From Octopus vulgaris (Eukaryota): 64,000 bases of DNA. Made by a program: the position numbers and the translations under genes. The DNA is taken from assembly GCA_951406725.2 (NCBI GenBank), contig OX597825.1, positions 5,642,001 through 5,706,000 of the forward strand, given 5' to 3'. The notes under the pieces were generated by a model, which did not search any database, was not told where the DNA came from, and saw only the letters and a program-made list of their open reading frames with translations. The stretch's first letter is position 1, and the number at the start of each line of letters is the position of its first letter. Below, piece after piece: positions 27,386 to 40,834 of this stretch.

Positions 27386-28728
27386 ATCATACACAACGAC
27401 GAGCTTCTTTCAGTTTCAGCTCACCAAATTCCCTTACAAAGCTTTGGTCTGCCAGGACCATAGCAGAACATAGTTGCCGAAGATGCCACGCAGTGGAACT
27501 GAACCAGAAACCACACGACACAGTCATGCTTTTTATTTGTTTTTTTTTATTTGTCTTGCTTTTTTTTTTACTGCGGCTGTCAGCTTGAAGTTGTGTCTGA
27601 AGAATACCAGTCGTGACCACTTATAAAAGCCACAGGTAAAAAAACCCATCCCGTCTCAAAGTATAAGCATTCTGGGTAGTTGCCCGCGGGCCTCACGAGT
27701 CGAAGGGTCTTGCTATCAATAAATAAATACTAAAGGACACAGTGAATTGATATGACAGTGGCGCGGAGTGGGTTTACAATGCTATTAATACAGCCCTGAG
27801 CAAAATACCTTTCTCCACCATAAACTATAAAAAATATAATAATAAAACCATTCCGGAAACGGAGAAACACAGCGGACATTATGTGAATATGAATAGCTAA
27901 ATATCCGAACGATTCAATGAACTCTTCTCTTCACAGTTCATTCTCAGAGGTCACCGCATACTATTTACACGGTGTTTAGAAACATTTACATCAATTTAAC
28001 AATGTCGCTATAGAGGTCGCTTATTCGGTAATGTCCATTCAGTGACTGCGTTAAACTAATTTGTGTCAGACTGATTTAGACGTGTTCTCCATAAACCAAT
28101 CTATTTGTTTATTGGTTTCTCTCAGTGAGCATGTCTACATACATGTACGTGCATATGTGTTTGCATTAGTGTATGTATTAGTGTATGTATGTGGACATTT
28201 GTGTGTGTGCATATATCATATATATATGACTGCGACCATGCTGGAGCACCGCCTTTATTCGAAAAAATCAACCCCAGGACTTATTCTTTGTTAGCCTAGA
28301 ACATATTCTATCGGTCGTTTGTGCCGAAGCGCTAAGTTAGAATGTTGTTGATTGAAGATAGTTATGATGATAACGATGGTGAGGTGGAGGAGGAGGAGGA
28401 GAAGGAGGACAATGACGATGACGACGACGACGACGACTACGATGATAGCCGACAACCAACGAAGTTATCACATCATTGCCATGTGCAAAAGAGCGAGTGG
28501 AAAAGTTGGTAAACCTTTGGACTGTGCCGTTGTCCTCTTCGCTGTAATTCACCTTCATAAGTGTTGTCTCTAATAATGACAACAAACACATGTTCACAGT
28601 CACAAGTGTAACCTTTTACTCTACGCCTACCCCTCATTCATTCCCTCTTTTCCACTCCCTCCTTCTCTCTCTCTCTCTCTCTTCTTACATACATATCTAT
28701 ATAGATATGTACATATATGTGTCTGTAA

Positions 28729-28792
<64 letters not shown>

Positions 28793-28961
28793 TGAGAGAC
28801 AGACAGACAGATAGAGGCAGAGAATGAATTACAATTTGCGATAAAGAGGAACAGAAAAATGGACTAAATGGTGTTTAGGAAAATAACACTGTTGTATATG
28901 TATATGTATGTATGTATGTGTGTATGTACGTATGTATGTGTGTGTGAGTGCGTGTATATAT

Positions 28962-29033
28962 AGGCGCAATGGCCCAGTGGTTAGCGCAGCGGACTCGCGG
29001 TCGCAGGATCGCGGTTTCGATTCTCAGACTGGG
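28962..29033 (+). mobile_element. Isolated tRNA-like head of SINE family D
   Basis: GGCGCAATGGCCCAGTGGTTAG...GGTTTCGATTCTCAGACTGGG, matching the head of 39078-39469. Confidence 0.8.
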
Positions 29034-29169
29034 AATAATATGTATATATATATTTAAAATTATAATTATTGAAAGGTTTTTATTTCCATGCTGGCCACTT
29101 GATAAGATCTATATTTAAATATCGATCTTATCCTTATTTATATAAATTTATATATATATGTATGTATAT

Positions 29170-29540
29170 CGTGGCACTCCTTCGGTTACGACGACGAGGG
29201 TTCAACTTGATTCAATCAACGGAACAGCCTGCTCGTGAATTTAACGTGCAAGTGGCTGAGCACTCCACAGATACGTGTACCATTAACGTAGTTTTCGGGA
29301 GAGATTCAGAGTGACACTGAGTGTGACAAAGCTGGCTCTTTGAAATACAGGTACAACAGAAACAGGAAGAAAGAGTGAGCGAAAGAGTACAGCAGGGTTC
29401 GCCACCACCCTCGGCCGGAGCCTTGTGGAGCTTTAGATGTTTTTGCTCAAAAAACACTCTCAACGCCCGGTTTGAGAATCGAAACCGCGATCTTATGACC
29501 GCGTGTCCGCTGCCATACCACTTGGCCATTGCGCCTCCGC
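29170..29540 (-). mobile_element. SINE family D, near full length
   Basis: Colinear with 39078-39469. Confidence 0.85.
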
Positions 29541-29541
29541 T

Positions 29542-29649
<108 letters not shown>

Positions 29650-30179
29650 AATATATATATATATACACACATATATATATTATGTATATATAGAATTACA
29701 TTCTACACACAAACACTCTCGCACAACTACATACACACATACAAATACAATCAAACATACATATACATACACGCACGCACATAACTGTTTATATACAATT
29801 ACTATCTGATGATGAAATTTACCGCCATCTGGTGACTAAAACTGCTTAACACATCCGGTATTAACTTATAATGGCTTAGTTTAGTAAAACTATTTAACAT
29901 ATCCGGTATCAGCTTAATAAATTGTTTTAGTTTTTCCTCGTGTTAGACGAGAAATGATCTTGTTTCAAATCGCAATTGAAACAACTCTGGAACATTCACG
30001 TTTCTTGTGGCTTTGAGGAACAAAAAACACGAAACACGAAGATCACGATTTTATTTGGGGTTTTGTTTTCGATTGTTTTTTCCCTCTGTTTTTTTTACCA
30101 GAGTAAAACAGGTCTGTTATATTTGGATGAGAGAGAATAGATTAGAAAAAGAGAAGGTTTTGGGCTAAGGGAAACATGC

Positions 30180-30202
30180 GATGGTGATGATGGATATGAT
30201 GG

Positions 30203-30262
<60 letters not shown>

Positions 30263-30535
30263 CGATGACGACGACGATGATGATGATGACAATGACGATG
30301 ATTATTATGATTATGATAATGATCATCATTATGACGAAGTCGATAACGATGAGGCGAAGGAGGGGGAGGAGGACAATGATGACAACAACAACGACGACGA
30401 CGACGACAACGATGATGATGATGATGGTGGTAGTGATGGTGATGATGATGGTGATGATGATGATGACTACTACGACGACGATGATGATGGTGATAATGAT
30501 GATGATGACGACGGTGACGACGACGATGACGACGG

Positions 30536-30584
<49 letters not shown>

Positions 30585-30743
30585 AATGATGGGGGGGAGT
30601 AGGAAGAGTAGGAGGACGACGTCGACGACGAGAAGAATAACGGCGGAAGTAGCAGCAACGATTATGACAGCAATGGCGGTTGTAGTGGTGATAAGAAAGC
30701 TGGATTTGTTGCCTATGATGATGATGATGATGATGATAACCAT

Positions 30744-30774
<31 letters not shown>

Positions 30775-30780
30775 GGTGAC
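30180..30780. repeat. Degenerate (GAT)n/(GAC)n field
   Basis: Directly visible. Confidence 0.95.
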
Positions 30781-31019
30781 GTAAGTATAGCGCTATTTTT
30801 ACGTACCTATTCAAATAAAAAAAAAACCAAATTATTATAGAGGAGAGGAAACTAATTAATGTCACACTAATTACCAAATGTGTCTATTTGCATAAATGTT
30901 TTGTCACACCACCACTGCAAGATAACCGGTGTTGCTTTGTTTACATTCTCACCACATAGCGGTTCGGCAAAAGAGACCGATAGAAGACGTAACAGACTTG
31001 CAGATAAGGCAAGTGCTGG

Positions 31020-31466
31020 AGTTAAATATTTTGCTCAATACCACAGATTTGCTTATCAGATGTTTGATCTTAACCAGTTGAGCATGTCCCTTAGTGGCTG
31101 ACGATATGTGCATCTCTGATCACGAGCAGAAGTAGTGGGGGAGCATCATAGCCGTTTGTTGAGAGGAATTCTTGGAGGTTTGGATAATTCACCTTTGGAA
31201 CCATGGGTGTTTCGTTCAACATCCTTAAACTATCCTTATTCAGAGACATTTTGAGCAGGATGGGTTACTCGAGCAGAAGAAAATTCTAACTGAGCCCCAC
31301 CTGCAAGGTCATGCGCTGTTTATCTTGATATGAGATCACCATGTCGTGCACATATAGTTGTGATGCCTGGTGTACCCTTATCAGACGAGTAGTCATGATG
31401 GGTATACTGGGCTTCGTATATTTTACCCCAGTGTCACTTTGATGGCATGTACTGCTCTCTCACTCA
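31020..31466 (+). mobile_element. Retroposon family E (unclassified) ending in (AAT)n
   Basis: Homologous to 21050-21265 (-) and ~41845-41950 (-); runs into an AAT tail. Confidence 0.7.
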
Positions 31467-31587
31467 ATAATAATAATAATGATAATAATAATAATAACAA
31501 CATTGAATAATAACTTAGGAATGAGAATGCAGGTTCGAAATTTCCCCAAGAAACCTGATTAAGGCTGGAGGGTTTATATATATATAT

Positions 31588-31745
31588 GACGAAGAAAGGT
31601 GGTGTACAAAACAAACAGATGTATTAGTATAACGCTCCGTAATAGAAAAAGTCTTTTATGTTTCGAGCCTACGCTCTTCTACAGAAAGGGACTCAGAAAG
31701 AAACACGGAGAGAGAAAAAATGTGTGTAGTGGCTAACGATCAATC
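31588..31745 (-). mobile_element. Short element with hammerhead variant (copy of 15958-16125)
   Basis: Minus strand cttt-CTGTAGA-A-gagc-gtag-gctc-GAAAC-ATA-aaag (31653-31688). Confidence 0.6.
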
Positions 31746-31944
31746 ATGGCGACAGAAGGGTCATTTATTCATTTATTCATTTATTCATTTATTCATTTAT
31801 TCATTTAAAAAATACACAAATTACCATACAAGAACACGGGGTTTCTACCCTTGGCATGTAGCTACAACCGTGTTTTCTGACGTGAATTTGCTACCCAGGT
31901 ATCGATTAATCGAATTATCAATACTAAGATTACTCATTCACCTA

Positions 31945-32025
<81 letters not shown>

Positions 32026-32287
32026 ATAAACAAGAGTTATGTACAGATTGGATCTAGTGTGTGAAAGCGAACCAGATCAAAGGAAATTGGTGATTTGAAC
32101 TCAGAGCGGAGGGTGTTTCTACTGAAAACTGCTCTATGTTGTTAATAATTTCCACCTCTCCAATCTCTATTCAAAATATCTGGGACAAAATAGCTGACAT
32201 GAGAATGTCTGTATAATACATACATACATACGTACGTATGTATATTTATATTTGTATACCTATATGTGTGTGTGTGTGTGTGTGTGT

Positions 32288-32322
<35 letters not shown>

Positions 32323-32727
32323 AACATACATGTGTGTGTGTGTGTAGTGTAAGAGAGAGAGAAGGAGGACATATTCTTTATTAGAAACATATCTATGTTT
32401 TTTATTTATAATCCAGCTTCACAAAAAAAGATAATTTCTAAGTGAAATTATAAAGTGAAGAAAGATTTTCAAATATTTTCGCTGACATATAACATAGTCA
32501 CTTCTCCGCCCCGTCGCCCTGTCCTCTCCTCCCACCCACCTCCCCCGCTAACTCCTGGTACAATTATTCCTAAATATAAAATATTCCAGATAAACCACAC
32601 TCCCGACATTCCTTGCGTGTCTCACTAATGGGGCATTTCTCAACGAAACTATTTCCTTTATATCTTGTCTACAATGAAGTTTTAAACGCACAAAGACACA
32701 TTGAGAAGTAGCGGGACACATGCATAT

Positions 32728-32804
<77 letters not shown>

Positions 32805-32911
32805 TAAATACATCTACAAACACCGACGCATGAGTACAAACACGTACAACCTAAATACCATTCTCACTAAAAATCTTTATCTTAAATTCTCTGTCACCTC
32901 TCTTTCCCCTT

Positions 32912-32946
<35 letters not shown>

Positions 32947-33081
32947 ACACACACACACCCTCTGTCACCATTCCCTCTATATTTTCCAACCCAGTTTCCA
33001 CAGACGCAGCTTCATGCGTATACCAACACTCACGCATACACACACGTATATATTTATTTATATATACTATATAAATATATG

Positions 33082-33124
<43 letters not shown>

Positions 33125-33133
<9 letters not shown>

Positions 33134-33438
33134 ATACGGGTGGAATTTGATATTAATCAATTAAAATCAGTGGCCTAGCATATTTTTAAAAAATCCGACA
33201 ATTAAAAATTTATTTACATACAAAATTTACGTAAATATTAACAAGTGAAACTAATTAGTACGTAGGTAATCGTTTTTTTTAATTTTCGTATATTTTCATT
33301 TGTCTTGCTTGTTTTTACACTTTGGTTTTTTGCTGAATTTTTTCTTGAGAACACATTCTTCGTGGAAAATGACGATTTTGACGTCTATATCTAGTATATA
33401 GGCTGTCCATTTTTTTTAGTGGTCAGTCCTCTAAATTT

Positions 33439-33442
<4 letters not shown>
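33125..33442. mobile_element. (TA)n-nested element related to 53985-54201
   Basis: Shares gatattaat..aattaa..cag..g..ctagcatat and, on the minus strand, gagg..tgaccacta..tggaca.cc..tatactaga; contains GAAAC-TAATTA-GTA-CGTA without a CUGANGA. Confidence 0.55.
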
Positions 33443-33497
<55 letters not shown>

Positions 33498-33500
<3 letters not shown>

Positions 33501-33720
33501 TTCACTTCACTTCACTTTGACCGACCAGTCCGTCAGGCGTCCATTTGACACCGTTGGTCACAGCACGCTGTCCGTTCGTCTCTGGATCGCGCCTTTCTCA
33601 TCCACGTGATCCCAATCGTCCTCTTGAAATCGTCACTCCACCGTCGTGGATGTCTTCCGGGTGGTCTTTTCCGCTCACGCGGGTACCACTCGTCAACTGC
33701 GTGCGTCCGCCGATTATCGA
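33498..33720 (-). mobile_element. 3' end of an RTE-clade LINE with (GTGAA)n tail
   Basis: Manual translation DNRRTHAVDEWYPRERKRPPGRHPRRWSDDFKRTIGITWMRKARSRD matches the RTE C-terminal WxPRxxKRxxGRPxxRWxDD motif. Confidence 0.8.
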
Positions 33721-33825
33721 TACATTATATAATATATAACCTTTGGCAGAAGCTAGCCAGGAATCGTGAAGTGGCACGTTTTGTTGATTCTTGGAATGAT
33801 TTTTTAAGATGTTTAATTTGTGTAT

Positions 33826-33916
33826 ATTCACCTGAAGAAAACGATTATTTTTATTTCGTATGATGTATTACCTTTATTTATCAATAAAAAATTCGATCGA
33901 AACAGGTGTAGTGAAT
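33826..33916 (+). ncRNA. Hammerhead-like motif with long irregular stem II
   Basis: attcac-CTGAAGA-(60 nt; gat..tttttatt/aataaaaa..atc)-GAAAC-aggt-GTA-gtgaat: perfect 6-bp stem I, imperfect base of stem II. Confidence 0.55.
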
Positions 33917-33997
33917 GAACCAATTTCCATCTGTTGTTGATTATTTATAGTATATATGTATATCAAGACACATATACAAATATACATACTGATATAA

Positions 33998-34029
<32 letters not shown>

Positions 34030-34038
<9 letters not shown>

Positions 34039-34161
34039 TTAGAGACAAAACCACTATTTTGCAAAACAAACAAATAATATTATATAATATTTTACTATAA
34101 AATTGGATTTAATCCTAAATCTGATTTTTTCCCTGTAAATTTGGATTTATTCCCTAATATT

Positions 34162-34166
<5 letters not shown>
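34030..34166 (-). mobile_element. Second internally deleted copy of the 8781-9157 element
   Basis: Both termini retained in reverse orientation, centre lost; (TA)n on both sides. Confidence 0.8.
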
Positions 34167-34225
<59 letters not shown>

Positions 34226-34249
34226 GTGGCTCCTATATATATATATATG

Positions 34250-34338
34250 CTCCTTGGGCAAGTGTCTTCTGCTATAGTCTCGAACCGACCAAAGCCTTGT
34301 GAGTGAATTTGGTAGACGGAAACTGAAAGAAGCCCGTC

Positions 34339-34424
<86 letters not shown>

Positions 34425-34630
34425 TTGTGTGTCTGTGTTTGTCCCCCCAACATCGCTTGACAACCCATGCTGGTGTGTTTACGTCCCCGTAACCTAGCGG
34501 TTCGGCAAAAGAGACCGATAGAATAAGTACTAGGCTTAAAAAGAATAAGTCCTGGGGTCGATTCGCTCGACTAAAGGCTGTGCTTCAGCATGACTGAAAC
34601 AATGACTGAAACAAGTAAAAGAGTAAAAAA
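34250..34630 (+). mobile_element. SINE family A, 5'-truncated
   Basis: From CCTTGGGCAAGTGTCTT to the GTAAAAGAGTAAAA tail. Confidence 0.85.
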
Positions 34631-34914
34631 AAGTACCACTTAGCCAGTCCCGTCATCAACCGACAAAGAACGACAGTTTACATTCGGAAACGACAACGAA
34701 TGCTTTGACATTTTAAATTCGATTTTCAGAAAGTGGGTTGACTATTTTTTTCCTCCGTAACTAATAATAGAATTTCCGTATCATCATTCACGTGTGATGT
34801 CATCTTCCTTTCTATATATTACATTCTTAAAAACAGGGAGAGTTCTTTCATACCATGGAGTGCATTTATTTTTCAATAACAATAACAGACTTTTTCTAAC
34901 AATGCTTCCATTCT

Positions 34915-35790
34915 ATGGGGCCCAAACAGAACCCCACTAGGGCAAAATCCCACTAGGATAAAATCCTCATCTGGATTATGTGATTAAGATGAAGACCATG
35001 GAGGGATTTCTGAACGGCTTCGGGCGCAGCTTCAGATTGTTGTAAAATGAATTTTTTAATGAGCCTCAACGCTTAATGAACTTTTCAATAATGTTTTTGC
35101 ATTAATTTTTCAAAAATACAGTATGATTTTCTTTTTATTATGCTTATTTTTGTGATTAGGGTTAATTAATGTAATTGATATAATATTTTATATCTTAGAA
35201 AAGGTTTCATAAGCTACAAATAATGATTTCAATTTTTGACACAAGGCCAGCAATTTCGAAGGATCGGGCAAGTCGATAACATCGACCCCCAATATTCAGC
35301 TGGTATTTATTTTGTCGTTACCGAATGGATGAAAGGCAAAGTCAACTTCGGCAGAATTTGAACTCAGAACGTAAAGGCGGATTAAATGTCGCTAAGCATT
35401 TTGTCCGGAATGCTAATACTACCAACTCGCTGCCCTTATAAACTACAAATAACCCTTTCTACTATAGGAACAAGACCTGGAATTTGTGGGGAGAAGACTA
35501 GTCGATTACTTCGTATTTTACGTATTTTATCGACCCCGACAGGATAAAAAGCAAAGTCGACCTCGCTGTATTTTGAACTCAGAACGTAAAGACGTGCGAG
35601 ATGCTGCTAAGCATGCTAACGATTCTGCCACCCCGCCGCCTTTATAAATTATTATTTAAAAGCTGCTTGATTTTGTTTCGCTTTTTTCTTTAGTACTAAT
35701 GGGGATTTCGTCCTCCGAGGCTTTTTTGTGTCAAAATTTTTTTCTTCGTGGGAGTTTTGTCCTAGCGGGGTTTTTTCATTCATTCCGACG
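34915..35790. mobile_element. Possible non-autonomous DNA transposon with inverted subterminal repeats, hosting two old family B SINEs
   Basis: cccactagg(g/a)(c/t)aaaatcc repeats at 34930-34970 are mirrored by gtgggagttttgtcctagcgggg at 35745-35775; SINE B copies at ~35235-35640. Confidence 0.4.
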
Positions 35791-36520
35791 CTACACTAGA
35801 CTCCGAGCCGATAAAACTGTGGACTTTTCTACTACACAGACAATAATGGTGAATAGGAAATGACTTGACATGTGAGTGAGATAAAAAAACTAAAGTTAAC
35901 AAGAAAATTTCCGATTCATTCGGAATAATTATTTAAAATTATGTTGACATACGTCTGAGTATAAATATCTTTTATATGTTATGTTTTTTAATAATTCTAC
36001 TTCTTGACAAAAATCGGTCCCAAAGAAAATATAGACAAAAATTGAACACAGATACAGATGTATGATAAGATCCTTGATTCCTACAAAATGGTTTCAGTTC
36101 AGTCCGACTGAGGGTAACCATGGGTAACTGTATTCTACTATAGACCCAGATCGACCAAAGTCACGTGAATGGAAACTGAAAGAAGTCCGTTATGTATTTA
36201 TGTATGTATGTATATATATATATATATGTGTGGGGGTGTATGTATATAAATATATGTATATATATATATGTGTGTCTGTATATATATATATATATGTATA
36301 CATATATACACATATATATACATATATATGTGTATATATGTGTATATATACATATATACATATAGATATTCATATATATACATATGTGTATATATATGTA
36401 TATATATATACACAGATATATATATATATGTATATACATATATGTATATATATACATGTATATATATACACATATATATATATGTATATACATATATGTA
36501 TATATATACATGTATATATG

Positions 36521-36601
<81 letters not shown>

Positions 36602-36614
36602 ATATAAATATACA

Positions 36615-36861
36615 TATAGAGAACATTATTGCCCATAAGAGATAATAATATTAGTGACCGCAAGCATAAAACCATATCGGCAAAATTAATATATAAAATA
36701 TATATAAAATAATATATAAAATATATACATATAAAGTCAGGGCACTAAGTCGCACCAGATTAGCTAAAAATAGGAATCCTAAACAATAAGTTTGCCTCTA
36801 TGGTTTCATGCTTGCGGCCACTAATACTATTATCTCTTAAGAGTAATAATGTTCTTTTATA
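36615..36861. repeat. Inverted repeat, ~72-bp arms, next to (TA)n
   Basis: 36615-36686 versus 36788-36861 (gaacattatt...agagataata.tattagtg.ccgcaagcat.aaaccata). Confidence 0.85.
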
Positions 36862-36980
36862 CATTTAGAAATTACTCCACTTAGTTCGTTTTTTTTCTTT
36901 CTTTTATTTCACTGCGGCTGAGACCCTCGAATGATCACAGGCATTTGTTGAAGTGAATTACCAGTATTGCTACGAGCAGA

Positions 36981-37036
36981 TCTGGCTGAAGAGAACCGAG
37001 TGCTTTTGGCGCTAAATTCGAAACTATGATACCAGG
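36981..37036 (+). ncRNA. Hammerhead motif with one stem III mismatch
   Basis: tctgg-CTGAAGA-gaa..agtgc/gcgct..ttc-GAAAC-tatg-ATA-ccagg; shares ggcgctaaatt(t)cgaaac with the 55617-55679 motif. Confidence 0.6.
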
Positions 37037-37099
37037 TTAACTGCCCTTCCTTCTTGCAATTTTGCAGCGCGAAGACAATCCTTATTCACTTAGTTTTTT

Positions 37100-37305
37100 T
37101 TATTTTTACTTTTTACTTGTTTCAGTCATGTGACTGTGGCCATGCTGGAGCACCGCCTTTAGTCGAGCAAATCGACCCCAGGACTTATTCTTTGTAAGCC
37201 TAGTACTTATTCTATCGGTCTCTTTTGCCGAGCCGCTAATTTACGGGGACGTAAACACACCAGCATCGGCTGTCAAGCGATGTCGGGAGGACAAACGCAG
37301 ACACA

Positions 37306-37367
<62 letters not shown>

Positions 37368-37400
37368 CATATGCGTGTGTGTGCGTGTGTGTGTGCGTGC
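37100..37400 (-). mobile_element. SINE family A, 3' half
   Basis: Tail and body up to the central microsatellite. Confidence 0.85.
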
Positions 37401-37433
37401 GTTTATATATACATACACAGACACACACACAAA

Positions 37434-37525
<92 letters not shown>

Positions 37526-38409
37526 TATATATACATAGTCATGCACACTCACATATGCGCACGCAAACATTATTTCAAAAGCATTCGAAAAGTGATTTTT
37601 ACAACGTATTCTGTCGACTGAGCATAGATCTACACACAGTCTTCTCTTCTGGACTTTGTCAATCTTATCCAGAGCTAAGCACTTATTTCGTTTGGTTAAT
37701 GAAACTATCAACATATGACGTCATAAGTAAATATTTGTCGTGACAGCTCAAGCATTAGCCATTAGCCATCAACCATTTAACATTAACCATTAAGGAAGGT
37801 CTCGTGTTTTTTTTTCTTTTAATGGCGTACTCTTTACTTAAAGACCCCTTCGTTCAAAGACTTGAGTCATAGCATTCCTCCCGCTAAATTGCGCAAAGAT
37901 ACTTCCTCTATAATCTGTCTGTATTACCCACTTAATTAATACCTGTCTGATCACTTATTGTGTCGTTCGACTGAATGTATGTGACGTCCATCCCAAACAA
38001 TAAGGAAATACATCAGCAACAGCTTGCTGTAATCATAACTCTGTCCTCACCACTGCCCCCTATCGCCCTTCCGTCGCCTAGCCCTGCATTTCAGTTCACT
38101 ACCGTAACCAGTGCAGATCGTGAACGTTCTACACGTTTTCCTGTGAAGCTGAAGACGACAAAGGGAAATTACTCAGGTGTATTCCTTCTCTATTCATTTC
38201 GTCGTCTGCACACACATATGAGTGTATAGATTGTTTTCAAATTTAGGCACAAGGCCAGAAATTTTAGAAGAGGAAGCGCAAGTCGATGTAACTGGTACTT
38301 ATTTTATCGACATCGAGAGGACGTAAAGACGAACAAAATGCTGCTCAGCACTTCATCCGGCGTGCTAACGATTTAGCCAGCTCGTCACCTTCCCAGATTC
38401 CATAATGAA

Positions 38410-38496
<87 letters not shown>

Positions 38497-38509
38497 AATA
38501 ATAATATTT

Positions 38510-38724
38510 TGGCAGAAACGTTAGTACGCCGGGCGAAATGCTTAGCAGTATTTCGACTGCTGCTACGTTCTGAGTTCAAATTCCGCCGAGGTCGACTTTG
38601 CCTTTCATCCTTTCGGGGTCGATAAATTAAGTACCAGTTATGCTGGGGTCGATGTAACCGACTTAATCCGTTTGTCTGTCCTTGTTTGTCCCCTCTGTGT
38701 GTAGCCCCTTGTGGGCAGTAAAGA

Positions 38725-38728
<4 letters not shown>
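38510..38728 (+). mobile_element. SINE family B (long tail) in an (AAT)n tract
   Basis: Full body ending GCCCCTTGTGGGCAGTAAAGAAATA(ATA)n. Confidence 0.85.
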
Positions 38729-38760
<32 letters not shown>

Positions 38761-39077
38761 CTCAAACTTTGCCACAAGGCTAGGAATTTGGTGGGAGCTG
38801 GTAAGTCGACTAGATCAACCCCCAGTGCTCAACCAGTACTTATTTTATCGACACCGAGATGACGAGAGGCAAAGTCGACCTCGACGGGATTTGGGCTCAG
38901 AACGTAAAGACGGTCGAAATGTTGCCGAGCATTTTTCCCGACCTGTTAACGATTCTGTCAGTTCAGCGTCTCCTTATGTGCGTATATGTTAACGGAAGTG
39001 TACAGAGTCGTCTCTGCAGTATTGCAACCCCCACACCGGAATGGTGGGGAGCAAATTGATACACTGGGCCCTATACT

Positions 39078-39469
39078 GGATGGATGGAAGCACTCCGTCG
39101 GTTACGACGACGAGGGTTCCGGTTGATCCGAATCAACGGAACAGTCTGCTCGTGAAATTAACGTGCAAGTGGCTGAGCACTCCACAGACACGTGTACCCT
39201 TAACGTAGTTCTCGGGGATATTCAGCGTGACACAGAGAGTGACAAGGCCGGCCCTTTGAAATACAGGTACAACAGAAACAGGAAGTAAGAGTGAGAGAAA
39301 GTTGTGGTGAAAGAGTACAGCAGGGATCACCACCATCCCCTGCCGGAGCGTCGTGGAGCTTTAGGTGTTTTCGCTCAATAAACACTCACAACGCCCGGTC
39401 TGGGAATCGAAACCGCGATCCTATGACCGCGAGTCCGCTGCCCTAACCACTGGGCCATTGCGCCTCCAC
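39078..39469 (-). mobile_element. SINE family D, full length, 12-bp TSD, (TCCA)n tail
   Basis: TSD gggccctatact at 39066-39077 and 39470-39481; tRNA-like head with A/B boxes. Confidence 0.92.
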
Positions 39470-39589
39470 GGGCCCTATACTATTTATTTAATGACAGCAA
39501 ACCACACACATATAGATCATAACTGGACCCCTAGACCCGTGAGGCCCCAAGCGAATCATCGCAGTGGGTTACATAGGATTTCTTTATAC

Positions 39590-40163
39590 TTTTCTACTCT
39601 AGGCACAAGGCCCGAAATTTGGGGGGAGAGGCCCAATTGATTAGATCGACCCTAGTACGCAACTGGTACGTAATTTATCGACCCCGAAAGGATGAAAGGC
39701 AAAGTCGACTTCGGCGGAATTTGGACTCGGAACGTAGACAGACGAAATACCTATTACTTTACTACCCACAAGGGGCTACACACAGAGAGGACAAACAAGG
39801 ACAGACAAACGGATTAAGTCGATTATATCGACCCCAGTGCGTAACTGGTCCTTAATTTATCGACCCCGAAAGGATGAAAGGCAAAGTCGACCTCGGCGGA
39901 ATTTGAACTCAGAACGTAAAACCAGAGGAAATACCTATTTCTTTACTACCCACAAGGGGCTAAACACAGAGAGGACAAACAAGGACAGACAAACGGATTA
40001 AGTCGATTATATCGACCCCAGTGCGTAACTGGTCCTTAATTTATCGACCCCGAAAGGATGAAAGGCAAAGTCGACCTCAGCGGAATTTGAACTCAGAACG
40101 TAGTGGCAGACGAAATACCGCTAAGCGTTTCGCCTGGCGTGCTAACGTTTCTGTCAGCTCGCC
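39590..40163 (-). mobile_element. Tandem array of SINE family B (one head, three bodies, 184-bp period)
   Basis: Junctions aaatacc|tatt at 39751/39752 and 39935/39936. Confidence 0.9.
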
Positions 40164-40375
40164 TCAGCTCGGACCGATCAAATTCTTGTGAATGGATTAA
40201 GCTAACGGAACCCGAGAGTCTCTTCAATGACAACTAACTGACAGGGTTAGTCTACAACTTGTGATATTGTTTTTCTTCCATCGAACCGAATTTTTAATCG
40301 CCTGAAGAAAACGGTTTTGTAAAGCAGTGTCAATTGTTTCAATTCTGTAAATAATAGCGATAGTATTTCATAAGC

Positions 40376-40602
40376 TTAAAGCTTATAAGCAATCACCGTG
40401 CAATGACTAAAGAAAATAGTCTAATAATGGGGCATAGAAGCCCTCGACGGGTAAAATTAGGTTTTCCCGTACGCATGGGACTAGAACCCCACGTGAGCCC
40501 CGCACGTTCAGGAAAACCTACATTTTTTCTGTCGAGGGCTTATATGCCCCATTATTAGACTATTTTCTTTAGTCATTGCGCAGTGATCGCTATGAGCTTT
40601 AA
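40376..40602. repeat. Inverted repeat, ~97-bp arms, with B-box-like centre
   Basis: 40376-40472 versus 40505-40602; the minus-strand centre reads GGGGTTCTAGTCCC. Confidence 0.85.
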
Positions 40603-40773
40603 CCTGTATTTCAATTGGGCCAGCCTTGTCACACTCTGTGCCACGCTGAACCACCCTGAGAACTACGTTAAGGGTACATGTGTCAGTGGAGTGCTCGGCC
40701 ATTTGCACGTTAATTTCACGAGCAGGCTGTTCCGTTGATCGTATCAGCTGGTACCCGCGTCATCGTAACCTCG

Positions 40774-40834
<61 letters not shown>

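Noticed and set aside
29800-29920. CTGATGA plus short direct repeat aaaact..ttaaca.atccggtat
   Set aside because: No GAAA core or stems; two short imperfect repeats are not a CRISPR-like array.
33225-33266. GAAAC-TAATTA-GTA-CGTA hammerhead half
   Set aside because: CUGANGA and stem II absent.
39590-40163. Regularly spaced repeats suggesting a CRISPR-like array
   Set aside because: Whole 184-bp units repeat with no unique spacers; it is a SINE concatemer in eukaryotic DNA.
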